A DNA stretch of 64,000 bases. Source: a bacterium. GTDB taxonomy: Bacteria; Bacteroidota; Ignavibacteria; UBA10030. The position numbers were made by a program, and so were the translations under genes. Positions within the stretch are counted from its first letter, which is position 1, and each line of letters starts with the position of its first letter. Under the pieces are notes generated by a model. That model did no database searches. It was not told the origin of the DNA and worked only from the letters and a program-made list of their open reading frames with translations. This document shows, in pieces, positions 29,928 through 38,214 of the stretch. The DNA lies in assembly GCA_043803945.1 (NCBI GenBank), contig JAZDJN010000012.1, forward strand, positions 58,800-122,799, read 5' to 3'.

Positions 29928-30356
29928 TCATTGCATGAGCGTGTTTGATGATCGCTCAATGATTACTTCCGGCATGACAAAGATTGCCTGGCTTCCATTA
30001 CTCATTTGAGTGTCTGAGGAAAACCACCAAGAACTTAAACCAACAGTCCCTGTTAGAACCATAAAGACAACGATAGCGGCGACCGGCAACGGAACTCGTT
30101 TCTGCCACAGAAGGGAAAAAACGTTTGCTCGTATTTTATGAAATGCCGGTGTTGAGAGAGGCTTGCGACTGTGTGACTCTGGCATCAGCCGTTGCGGTGC
30201 AGCATGGAGGTGCATCCTGAGCTGTATCGCCTGCCTCAGGAAGTCGCGACACTCCTCACATCCGGCGAGATGGGAAAAGAGATGCATCTCCTCGTTTCGG
30301 TCCAACTCTCCATCAAGATGCTGGCTGACGTTGATTCTATATTCATCGTGGTTCAT
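29928..30356 (-). CDS. zf-HC2 anti-sigma factor, single TM (module 2)
   Basis: SQHLDGEL...HLAGCEEC; one TM; short C-terminal tail. Confidence 0.87.
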   Translation of the reverse strand: MNHDEYRINVSQHLDGELDRNEEMHLFSHLAGCEECRDFLRQAIQLRMHLHAAPQRLMPESHSRKPLSTPAFHKIRANVFSLLWQKRVPLPVAAIVVFMVLTGTVGLSSWWFSSDTQMSNGSQAIFVMPEVIIERSSNTLMQ

Positions 30357-30375
30357 GGGTAACTCCTCTTCACGG

Positions 30376-30470
30376 CCTTCCGAAGGTTTGCAAGATATCT
30401 ACCTGTCCTTCGGAAGGCTCTATTCTTTTTAAAGGTTTCAGAGAGTAAGCTCGTAGACCTTCGGAAGGTC
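30376..30470. repeat. Cluster of REP-like palindromes (CCTTCCGAAGG / CCTTCGGAAGG) between sigma 2 and anti-sigma 2
   Basis: Units at 30376-30386, 30407-30417 and 30456-30470, plus a degenerate unit near 30425-30439. Confidence 0.7.
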
Positions 30471-30472
30471 GC

Positions 30473-31003
30473 TTATTGATAGTACTGCTTCAACTTTTCC
30501 GTTAATGCACTCCTCGCTTTGAAGATGCGCATCTTCACCGCTCCTTCCGTTGCCGAAACAATCTCCGCAATTTCCGCATAGGAGAGGTTTTCATACTCAC
30601 GCAGAACCAATGCCTCCCGATAGTCGGGTTTCAAATTCATTAACAGTTGCTGAACAATAGCGACAGTTTCTTTTGCCTCCAACTGGTGGTGCGGCGTTGT
30701 GTCATCCCATACGCTGTCAGTATCGACCTGCCCGTTCATTCGGCGTTTTCGGATTTTCATCAATGCCTCATTCCGGGCGATGCGGAAAAGCCATCGCTTG
30801 AAGAGTGCCGGATCGCGGAGAGAGGCAAGCTCCTGCTGCACCTTCAGAAATGTATCGTGCACAACATCTTCCGCATCTGCAGAGTTACCCAAGATCCGCT
30901 CGCAATACGCAAAAAGCGGGTGCTTATAGTTCTCATAGAGAGCTTCAAATGCCGCTCCATCATTTGCAAGAAGGTCGTGAACGAGTGCTAGATCCGATTT
31001 CAC
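30473..31003 (-). CDS. ECF RNA polymerase sigma factor (module 2)
   Basis: AEDVVHDTF, WLFRIARNEA, YREALVLREYENLSYAEIA, VKMRIFKAR. Confidence 0.93.
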   Translation of the reverse strand: MKSDLALVHDLLANDGAAFEALYENYKHPLFAYCERILGNSADAEDVVHDTFLKVQQELASLRDPALFKRWLFRIARNEALMKIRKRRMNGQVDTDSVWDDTTPHHQLEAKETVAIVQQLLMNLKPDYREALVLREYENLSYAEIAEIVSATEGAVKMRIFKARSALTEKLKQYYQ

Positions 31004-31027
31004 TCTGGCTTTCGGGCTTTATTAACT

Positions 31028-31053
31028 GATGCGGAAAGATGCTGAAAGTTTCC
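31028..31053 (-). promoter_or_regulatory. Putative ECF autoregulatory promoter GGAAAC-N16-CATC (module 2)
   Basis: Minus strand reads GGAAACtttcagcatctttccgCATC, 24 nt upstream of the sigma start. Confidence 0.65.
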
Positions 31054-31085
31054 GGGAGAAGGAAGGAATAATTGCCCAGGGATTC

Positions 31086-31132
31086 CGAACCGTTCCCTGA
31101 TATTCGATTTACAAGAGCAAGGGAACGGTTCG
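31086..31132. repeat. REPIN-like inverted repeat CGAACCGTTCCCT ... AGGGAACGGTTCG
   Basis: 13-bp perfect arms; identical arms recur at 33781-33827. Confidence 0.75.
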
Positions 31133-31143
31133 CTCACACCCGC

Positions 31144-32607
31144 TTATTGAGTTTCGCCAATTCCGCCCAGGTTATCGAGCTTGATGACAGGTAGAATTAG
31201 CATGGCTGTAACAATTGTGAACAGAGGATAGAAAATATCGACGAGAATGCACATTTCGTCATAGAGCAATGAACAGAGGATTATTACAGCAATTCCAAAA
31301 ACGAAATTAGCAACAAAAGCATAGAATGGTTTCAGCTTGTATACAATAATCGCAGCAATGGCAATACACAGTATGGATATCCAAATATTCTCCAATTCCA
31401 TTCGTGTGATAATTTTCTTCTGAAGTACACTCTCAAGAATAAAAGCGTCATCCCGAACAGGATTCACAATTACGATCTTCCCTTGAATGTGTTCTCTATA
31501 TTCTTCGCTTGAAAGTCGCCTGGGTGGACCGAAATTGTTCCAAGCCATTCCATAACGGGTTCCGTATTTATAAAGACCATCACGCGAATCCTTCTCCGCG
31601 GCAATTTTCATTGGATTCCATCGATTATCATCCCGCACGTACGCTCTTCCATTGTGATCAACCGGGATTGTGTAATCCCCAAAAATCATATTGTGTCCTG
31701 ATTGTTGTAAGCGGAGATCATCAGGGTAGCTATGATATTTTCTTAACAACTCAATACTCATATTGGGAACGTATCGTTCACCAGCCGGGAGAATGTAATG
31801 CATTTTAGGACCATATGGTGAACCAGAAGTGTATGTCGTTTGTACAACCTGGTGAAGCGTTGTCTGGAGAACCGAGTCTAGCGGAAAAGCTTTATCAAAA
31901 AGAGGAAGAGTCATAACAAGATTAGGGACTCTGGACAGCTCCTCCACAAATTTCCGATTAATCATTTCTCCTACAGATGCAGAATAATTAAGAAATATTG
32001 CTTTGGGACCCAGCTTACTTAACTCCATGATAAATTCTAATGAAATATTCTTTCTTTCTATTTCCCTAGAAGCTTTGTTCTTCACAACCCCTGTCCATGG
32101 AAATAAGTCAATCCAAACCACCTTCGAAGATTCTGCTTTCAAAAATGTCTTGTTTTGTAAGCCTGAAAGCGTTTCATATACCCTGATATCAATTACTTCA
32201 TCGTCGACAACTTTCATACTGTAGAACATTGTCACAATAAGAATAATAGCACAACCTGCGAGAAAGAGTTTTCCCGCTTGCGAGCTTAGCATGTAATGAA
32301 GTTGGGTAGTCCATAGATTCATCCTGGTTTGAAATCTATCACTGTATGCAACAGCAAGAAATGCCGGCAGAGATTCTTGCTTCGCCAGTTTCTTCAGCAT
32401 CTCATGGATTGGCGGAAGCAAACAAAGAATACTGAGGACAATCAGAATCCAGAACATCCAGCCAAGATTGACATGATATACCATGTGCATTCGTTGGATC
32501 GTCAACCCTGTAAGCTTGCTCGCCGGAATGCTCAGGCATGCGAAGAGGACTGCCAGACTGAGGTATATATAGAGTGCAACATTACGCTGGCTTCCATTGG
32601 TCTTCAT
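31144..32607 (-). CDS. CHASE2-like membrane sensor without output domain (module 3)
   Basis: VVWIDL.PW, LSKLGPKAIFLNY, IQGKIVIV, ILESVL; then 3 TMs (ILVDIFYPL) and a short tail. Confidence 0.7.
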   Translation of the reverse strand: MKTNGSQRNVALYIYLSLAVLFACLSIPASKLTGLTIQRMHMVYHVNLGWMFWILIVLSILCLLPPIHEMLKKLAKQESLPAFLAVAYSDRFQTRMNLWTTQLHYMLSSQAGKLFLAGCAIILIVTMFYSMKVVDDEVIDIRVYETLSGLQNKTFLKAESSKVVWIDLFPWTGVVKNKASREIERKNISLEFIMELSKLGPKAIFLNYSASVGEMINRKFVEELSRVPNLVMTLPLFDKAFPLDSVLQTTLHQVVQTTYTSGSPYGPKMHYILPAGERYVPNMSIELLRKYHSYPDDLRLQQSGHNMIFGDYTIPVDHNGRAYVRDDNRWNPMKIAAEKDSRDGLYKYGTRYGMAWNNFGPPRRLSSEEYREHIQGKIVIVNPVRDDAFILESVLQKKIITRMELENIWISILCIAIAAIIVYKLKPFYAFVANFVFGIAVIILCSLLYDEMCILVDIFYPLFTIVTAMLILPVIKLDNLGGIGETQ

Positions 32608-32638
32608 GTGTTTACATTCTCCCTTCTCGCTAATTGCC

Positions 32639-33049
32639 TTACCTTGTTTGAGAATTTCCTATTGATGGAGAAATTTCATTTTGTGGTTGTACGACAATGA
32701 CAGAGGTTGAGGCTATAATCCCCACGAAAAGAATAATCATCAGCAACATCGACGCATGAATAAAACGCGAAACTGCCTTCCTGCGTCTTACCCGAGGGTC
32801 TTGTATGGAACGAGCAGCGTTATGTTTCATTTGGTGCAAATATCCATACTGCACTTTCTTAACTACTTCATCACTTACCTTTATTGTTGGAAGCGATTGT
32901 ACACCTGAATGCAGGTGTAACAGCGACTTGAAAAAGTGCCGGCACTCTGAACAGGTATGGAGATGATAAAACAACGCACAGGAGGAGTCTTCCCCCAATT
33001 CATTATCAACAAGCTGGCTAATTTGATATTGGTATTCTTCGCAATTCAT
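32639..33049 (-). CDS. zf-HC2 anti-sigma factor, single TM (module 3)
   Basis: MNCEEY..ISQLVDNEL...HLHTCSEC; GGAGG RBS. Confidence 0.87.
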   Translation of the reverse strand: MNCEEYQYQISQLVDNELGEDSSCALFYHLHTCSECRHFFKSLLHLHSGVQSLPTIKVSDEVVKKVQYGYLHQMKHNAARSIQDPRVRRRKAVSRFIHASMLLMIILFVGIIASTSVIVVQPQNEISPSIGNSQTR

Positions 33050-33093
33050 GGTTTCCTCCACACAACTTAAACGGTCATTGACGCTTCGTCATC

Positions 33094-33639
33094 CTATACT
33101 TTGTAGTAGGGTGTAAGTTTTTTCGTTAATGCTTTTCGGACTTTGAAGAGTCTGGATTTTACAGAGCTTTCTGTCGCACCTGTGATTTCCATAATTTCCC
33201 TGTAGGAAAGCTGCTCAAATTCCCGCAGGAGAATCACCTCACGGTATTCTGGTTTCAAGGACTGAATACACTTCTCAAGCAATACATGCTCTTCCTTTTC
33301 TTCCAAACGATCCAGCGGTGTTTCGCCTCCCCAGCATTCTTCCGATTCTTCGTGAAGTTCATCGAAAAGTTTTCTCTCCCTTAAGATGCCAAAAGCTTCA
33401 TTACGTGCGATAGCAAATATCCATGCGCGAAATGATGCTGATTGCTTAACGTTAACTGCTTGCTGAAAAATTTTGAGAAATGTTTCTTGAACAACATCTT
33501 CAGCCCAATGCTCATTCTGTAATAGTCGATAACTGAATGAATAGATTTTGTCCCGATAGCGTCTTGAAAGGTTTTCAAACGCGCTGGAACTGCCGTTCTG
33601 AATCAGCATCAATAATTGTTCGTCAGTTAACGATGGCAC
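33094..33639 (-). CDS. ECF RNA polymerase sigma factor (module 3)
   Basis: AEDVVQETF, WIFAIARNEA, YREVILLREFEQLSYREI, VKSRLFK. Confidence 0.93.
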   Translation of the reverse strand: MPSLTDEQLLMLIQNGSSSAFENLSRRYRDKIYSFSYRLLQNEHWAEDVVQETFLKIFQQAVNVKQSASFRAWIFAIARNEAFGILRERKLFDELHEESEECWGGETPLDRLEEKEEHVLLEKCIQSLKPEYREVILLREFEQLSYREIMEITGATESSVKSRLFKVRKALTKKLTPYYKV

Positions 33640-33733
33640 GGTGCATCCGATTGTGATTGGTTATTATTAACATTCCAAAGTTGAACTTTCTTACCATCAT
33701 AATCAATCTCACAATCCAACCCTTCATACTGTA

Positions 33734-33760
33734 GATGGAAAAGGGAGGGAAAAGTTGCTG
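33734..33760 (-). promoter_or_regulatory. Putative ECF autoregulatory promoter CAGCAAC-N16-CATC (module 3)
   Basis: Minus strand reads CAGCAACttttccctcccttttcCATC. Confidence 0.7.
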
Positions 33761-33780
33761 GAGAAGTGGGCTAATTCGAC

Positions 33781-33827
33781 CGAACCGTTCCCTACTCTGA
33801 GATACCTCAGCGCGAGGGAACGGTTCG
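33781..33827. repeat. REPIN-like inverted repeat CGAACCGTTCCCT ... AGGGAACGGTTCG (second copy)
   Basis: Same arms and same 47-bp length as 31086-31132, with a different spacer. Confidence 0.75.
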
Positions 33828-33938
33828 ATGCAGTTATATAAATTGACTTTCCTCACCGTATTCTCTACCTTTTTGCCACATTGGGGAAAGAGGGGGGCTT
33901 CACACCTCCATCATCAGGCAGGTATCAGGAAAAGAGTA

Positions 33939-35324
33939 ATGAGCGAATCCATCATTGACCGAATACAGAAAGCACTCAGGCAGGAGGAAATTCATGCTGA
34001 GCGGATCGCCAATACCGCCCGCATGACCTTTATCGGCATCATGGGCATTGCGGCACTCTTTAATGCACCTTCTGTGAGTATGAAGGTCAACCTTTTCAAC
34101 TTCACAGCTCTGAGCTTTGCTGTTCTCTTTGGATTGATTGTTTATATCTCTCTCAAACGGGGCCGGTATGTTCCTTCCATGAAGTATATCACAACCAGCA
34201 TCGACATCGGACTTGTCTTTCTCCTGCTGCTCTATTATGCCAATGTCGAAATCCCAAGCGTCGCTCTCAAAAACTATGTCTTCCTCATCATCTTTCCGCT
34301 CATTGCTTTGACAGTATTTCGGTACGATCCCAAGCTCACACTCTTTGCCGGCACACTTGCTACATTGTTTTATCTGCTTCTCTTCTTCCTTGTTCTTGGC
34401 TCCCTTGGCGTTGAGTCGGGAGGATACAGCACGGAGCTATTCACAATTCATGTTACTTTGATCGGTCAAGGGACAAAGTTTTTGATCTTGGTCTCTTTTT
34501 CAATTCTCTGCACCTACCTCGCTTATTACACGCGCAGAGTGATCCATCAAACGGTTGAACGGGAGGTGCATCTTCAGGTCAGCAGCGAGTTGGTCGAACG
34601 GGAGCTTCAACTGGCCGCTGAAGTTCAACGGCGTTTCCTTCCCTCGACCTTTCCAGTCATCAACAACCTTGAGCTCTTTGGGAAAGTCATACAGGGAACA
34701 TTCGTCGGCGGCGACTATTGCGATTTCATACAACTCTCTGATTCATCGGTCCTGCTCATCGTGGCCGATGTTTCAGGTAAGGGAATTCCCGCCGCACTCA
34801 TTATGTCTGAAGTCTATGCTGCAGTCCATGCCCTCAGCACCGAGTACGCCAGCCCGGAACTACTGGCACAAAAGCTCAACACTTTGGTCCACAGCAGCAC
34901 GGGAAAGAAAGATTTTGTGACCCTGGTCCTCGTTGAAATTGACAGCAAGGTGAACCAGCTTTGCTATTTCAATGCAGGCCACCCTCCTCCGATCCTTTTG
35001 GTAAACGACAAAGCGATCTTGTTGGGAAAAGGGACAATCCCGCTTGGAGTGCTTGAAGAACTGCCGGGAAAAGAAAGCATTACGGTAGATTTTCCGCCGG
35101 ACAGCACATTGCTTGTGTACACAGACGGTGTGTTTGAACGGATGAATGCTGCGGGTGAACAATTTGGCATCGAGCGGATTCAGCAGCTTCTGGTTGATCG
35201 TCAATCAACCGACGCAGTTGCATTCGTCGATTGGATAATCGAACAGGTTAAACTCTTCGGTGATGGACAAGCTCTCGACGACGATTTAACGCTAGCGGTT
35301 GTATTGCGGAAGAATAGGGTGTAA
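33939..35324 (+). CDS. Membrane-bound PP2C/SpoIIE (RsbU-type) phosphatase
   Basis: Multiple TMs; ELQLAAEVQRRFLP, VGGDY, ADVSGKG, NAGHPPP, YTDG, DDLT. Confidence 0.9.
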   Translation: MSESIIDRIQKALRQEEIHAERIANTARMTFIGIMGIAALFNAPSVSMKVNLFNFTALSFAVLFGLIVYISLKRGRYVPSMKYITTSIDIGLVFLLLLYYANVEIPSVALKNYVFLIIFPLIALTVFRYDPKLTLFAGTLATLFYLLLFFLVLGSLGVESGGYSTELFTIHVTLIGQGTKFLILVSFSILCTYLAYYTRRVIHQTVEREVHLQVSSELVERELQLAAEVQRRFLPSTFPVINNLELFGKVIQGTFVGGDYCDFIQLSDSSVLLIVADVSGKGIPAALIMSEVYAAVHALSTEYASPELLAQKLNTLVHSSTGKKDFVTLVLVEIDSKVNQLCYFNAGHPPPILLVNDKAILLGKGTIPLGVLEELPGKESITVDFPPDSTLLVYTDGVFERMNAAGEQFGIERIQQLLVDRQSTDAVAFVDWIIEQVKLFGDGQALDDDLTLAVVLRKNRV

Positions 35325-35449
35325 ATCGCGAACGCTGGTAAAACAAGATCGGTTTCTCAATCCATGTCCAATCGCTGTTCTCCTTTTCCAAGAAAAACGA
35401 TTCGGTGAGAATACCTTTTTAGAATTCACAATTGATCAGGTTCGATTCG

Positions 35450-37018
35450 TTAATAATTTCCGTGTGTATTAACATCTCCAATGGTTATGAGTGTCTGCCC
35501 TTGCATTCGATGGGCGACGTTTATTGCTGGAAAAACAATCAAAGCAACCCCTACGGAGAGAAGAGGGTAGATAATATCAATGAGGATGTTGAGATGTTGA
35601 TAGAAGAAATACCCGGTGAGGAGTACCCCCATGAGCAGTACTATCATGAGGAGAAAAGAAAGAAATGGCCTCGTATGGTAGGCAATGAGTCCGGCGAGTA
35701 CCAGGGATATGATCGAAAGCCATATGAAACCGGTATCGGTTTTGTGGATCATATGGTCACTTAATATACTTTCAGTAGCAATCATAAGAGCTCGACTCGG
35801 TGTGAATAGGCCACCTTCTCTTCCAAAATTTCCTCCCATAAAAACCACTTTCCCGTTGAATACCGAATGTAATGCAGCCTCGGAAACCTGACTCAGAGGA
35901 AATGTCTCTCCTTTTACACTATCCAAATAGGATGTATAGTGAAGCAAGGTATCTTCTGATGAGCCTTTATAAAACCATAGGTCTCGCGTGTGAATAGATC
36001 TTTTTTGTGAGTATCCCTCATACCCATGCCCAAATGCCCATGCATTTCCTCTATGGAGAACTATATCACCACCTTCGAAGACAGGACATTGATCCCGAAA
36101 ATACAGAGACGATGTTCGGCTTGAAAGGCTAATTGAAAGTTTTGTATCCCCAATCAATATATCGTTTCCCCACAATCCTACGAATTGGTAGTATGGATAG
36201 CCATAATACTTTCTTAACACTCCATGAAAAAGCGGCCACCATGCCTGCCCATAGGAAATACTGGCAAGTCGTTCACTCGCCCATAAGGACTTTTCATTTA
36301 CCAGCGGTATGAAAATACCCATGCCATTCTTATCACGCAATTCTCCACTCCCATAACGAATTGATTCTCCCGGTGTTGCCAGCACCACAATATCACTATT
36401 CATTAATTTAACGATTAAGCTATCAAGATCTTTATCTAACGGGAGTTCTTGTAGTGATAAATATACTGCTTTAGCTCCTGCGGCTTTCAGCTTTTCTACA
36501 ATGGTAACACAATCACGAAGGTGTTGTTTTGGATTTGTACTGAAATTCGCGTATGAGACATTTACAACATTCGTGAAGTGTTCAGATTTCTCTCTTGCGT
36601 TGCTGACCATTGATACGAATTCGTACATCTTTCCATTGAGTTCATCGTCAGGAAGTAACCTTGTCCACGATAAGAGCACTAGAACAGAAACGATCGACAG
36701 TCCGGCCAGGAGAAAAAGACCAATCCGACGAAGAGTTGAAAATCGATTGAATTGAATATTATTTAGAAGTGAGGGAAGTACCTTCCTCGTAATTGTGCCA
36801 AGAATTTCCTTAAGCAGGGGTACAACCGAGATAAGAGACAATGTGATAAACACCAAATGAAGCCATTCTATATTGACGCTTTGTGATGCACCTGAAGATC
36901 GTGGATAGCGAACGGTGACTGTCTGTTGGTTAAAAATAATACCCATCGCCGCAAAGAACATTGCCAGGATAAAATATGGCAGAAGCGATTTGAGTTTACT
37001 GTTTGGTTTGTTACTCAT
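35450..37018 (-). CDS. CHASE2-like membrane sensor without output domain (module 4)
   Basis: IVEKLKAAGAKAVYL, FNGKVVFMG, TESIL; then 3 TMs (ILIDIIYPL). ATGA-coupled to the anti-sigma. Confidence 0.72.
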   Translation of the reverse strand: MSNKPNSKLKSLLPYFILAMFFAAMGIIFNQQTVTVRYPRSSGASQSVNIEWLHLVFITLSLISVVPLLKEILGTITRKVLPSLLNNIQFNRFSTLRRIGLFLLAGLSIVSVLVLLSWTRLLPDDELNGKMYEFVSMVSNAREKSEHFTNVVNVSYANFSTNPKQHLRDCVTIVEKLKAAGAKAVYLSLQELPLDKDLDSLIVKLMNSDIVVLATPGESIRYGSGELRDKNGMGIFIPLVNEKSLWASERLASISYGQAWWPLFHGVLRKYYGYPYYQFVGLWGNDILIGDTKLSISLSSRTSSLYFRDQCPVFEGGDIVLHRGNAWAFGHGYEGYSQKRSIHTRDLWFYKGSSEDTLLHYTSYLDSVKGETFPLSQVSEAALHSVFNGKVVFMGGNFGREGGLFTPSRALMIATESILSDHMIHKTDTGFIWLSIISLVLAGLIAYHTRPFLSFLLMIVLLMGVLLTGYFFYQHLNILIDIIYPLLSVGVALIVFPAINVAHRMQGQTLITIGDVNTHGNY

Positions 37019-37440
37019 CTCAGCACCTTCCCTCCATAACTTTGAGGATATATCTCATATTGAATTTCTTTGAAGGATTGATCATCAACCGGCATTATTA
37101 ATGTTACTGCAGAGAAAAAAAGACCTGTACTCAAGGCAAGAACAAGAATGAACCCTGCAGTAAGAAATGATCTTATTCCACGCTTCTCGGACAACGCAGT
37201 CGGAACGACATTCCGTCCGGATATATGTGTCCCACGATGTTCTGGATTGTAACTAGCATGGTATTCCATATCTCTCGGTTTTTTTGAAGAAATTTCGATA
37301 TACAACCTGAGGGATTCCTTCAGAAAGTCCCGGCACTGGCTGCACGATGTGAGGTGAAGAAAGAGATCATTCTCGTATTTCTCCTCCAGTTCATCATCAA
37401 TTAATGCGCTTACCTGCTCTTGATGCTCTTCGTGATTCAT
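37015..37440 (-). CDS. zf-HC2 anti-sigma factor, single TM (module 4)
   Basis: MNHEEH..VSALIDDEL...HLTSCSQC; GAGGAG RBS. Confidence 0.87.
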   Translation of the reverse strand: MNHEEHQEQVSALIDDELEEKYENDLFLHLTSCSQCRDFLKESLRLYIEISSKKPRDMEYHASYNPEHRGTHISGRNVVPTALSEKRGIRSFLTAGFILVLALSTGLFFSAVTLIMPVDDQSFKEIQYEIYPQSYGGKVLR

Positions 37441-37487
37441 GGCAATTCTCCTCTCACTACCCAAACTTAAACGATGACTTTTTATCC

Positions 37488-38024
37488 CTACGGGTAATAT
37501 CTCCGCACTTTATCCGCTAATGCTTTTCGCGCTTTAAAGATTCTCGATTTTACTGAGCTCTCCGTCGACTCTGTTATTGCCGCAATCTCAGCATAGGAAA
37601 GATTTTCATAAGCACGCAGTACAAGAACCTCCCGGTATTCGTACTTCAATTGACCCAGCAAGGTGTTCACAAGTTCAGATCGCTCCTGTGCAATAGTCAG
37701 ATCATGTGGTGTCTCATCATTCCAGCGCGAATCCTCGTCCAGCCGACCGTTCCGGCGGTTCTTGCGAAGATGCATCAATGCTTCATTTCGAGCAATACGG
37801 AATAACCACGACCGGAACGATTCACTCAGTCTAAGCGTCGATGCACATTGGCCTGCTTTAAGAAACGTATCTTGCACAATATCTTTCGCAACATGTCGAT
37901 CCAGGAGAATTTTGACACAGTAGGCGTACACACCTTCATAGTGTTCACGGTAAAGAAGCTCGAGCGCTTGAGAGCTCCCTTGCTGAAGTGCACGTAAGAG
38001 ATATTGTTCGTCCTGAATGTTCAA
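37488..38024 (-). CDS. ECF RNA polymerase sigma factor (module 4)
   Basis: AKDIVQDTF, WLFRIARNEA, YREVLVLRAYENLSYAEIA, VKSRIFKAR. Confidence 0.93.
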   Translation of the reverse strand: MNIQDEQYLLRALQQGSSQALELLYREHYEGVYAYCVKILLDRHVAKDIVQDTFLKAGQCASTLRLSESFRSWLFRIARNEALMHLRKNRRNGRLDEDSRWNDETPHDLTIAQERSELVNTLLGQLKYEYREVLVLRAYENLSYAEIAAITESTESSVKSRIFKARKALADKVRRYYP

Positions 38025-38080
38025 TTCAGTATTCTCGGATTGCGGTCATAGGAACAAGGACGGTAGCCTTTCTGCGTAAA

Positions 38081-38107
38081 GATGCAGAAAGAAGAGAAAA
38101 GTTGCTG
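38081..38107 (-). promoter_or_regulatory. Putative ECF autoregulatory promoter CAGCAAC-N16-CATC (module 4)
   Basis: Minus strand reads CAGCAACttttctcttctttctgCATC. Confidence 0.7.
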
Positions 38108-38214
38108 TGGAAGGATGAAAAAGATGATAGAGAAATGAACTATATTCCGCGGAACAAGAACAGCTCTCTCCAGCGTTATAGCAGATGAAGTGGTTTGCGA
38201 AAGGAGTGAACAAC

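Noticed and set aside
30376-30470. Short repeats that might be a mini-CRISPR
   Set aside because: Units are 11-15 bp palindromes in alternating orientation with irregular spacers, and there are no cas genes; REP-like instead.
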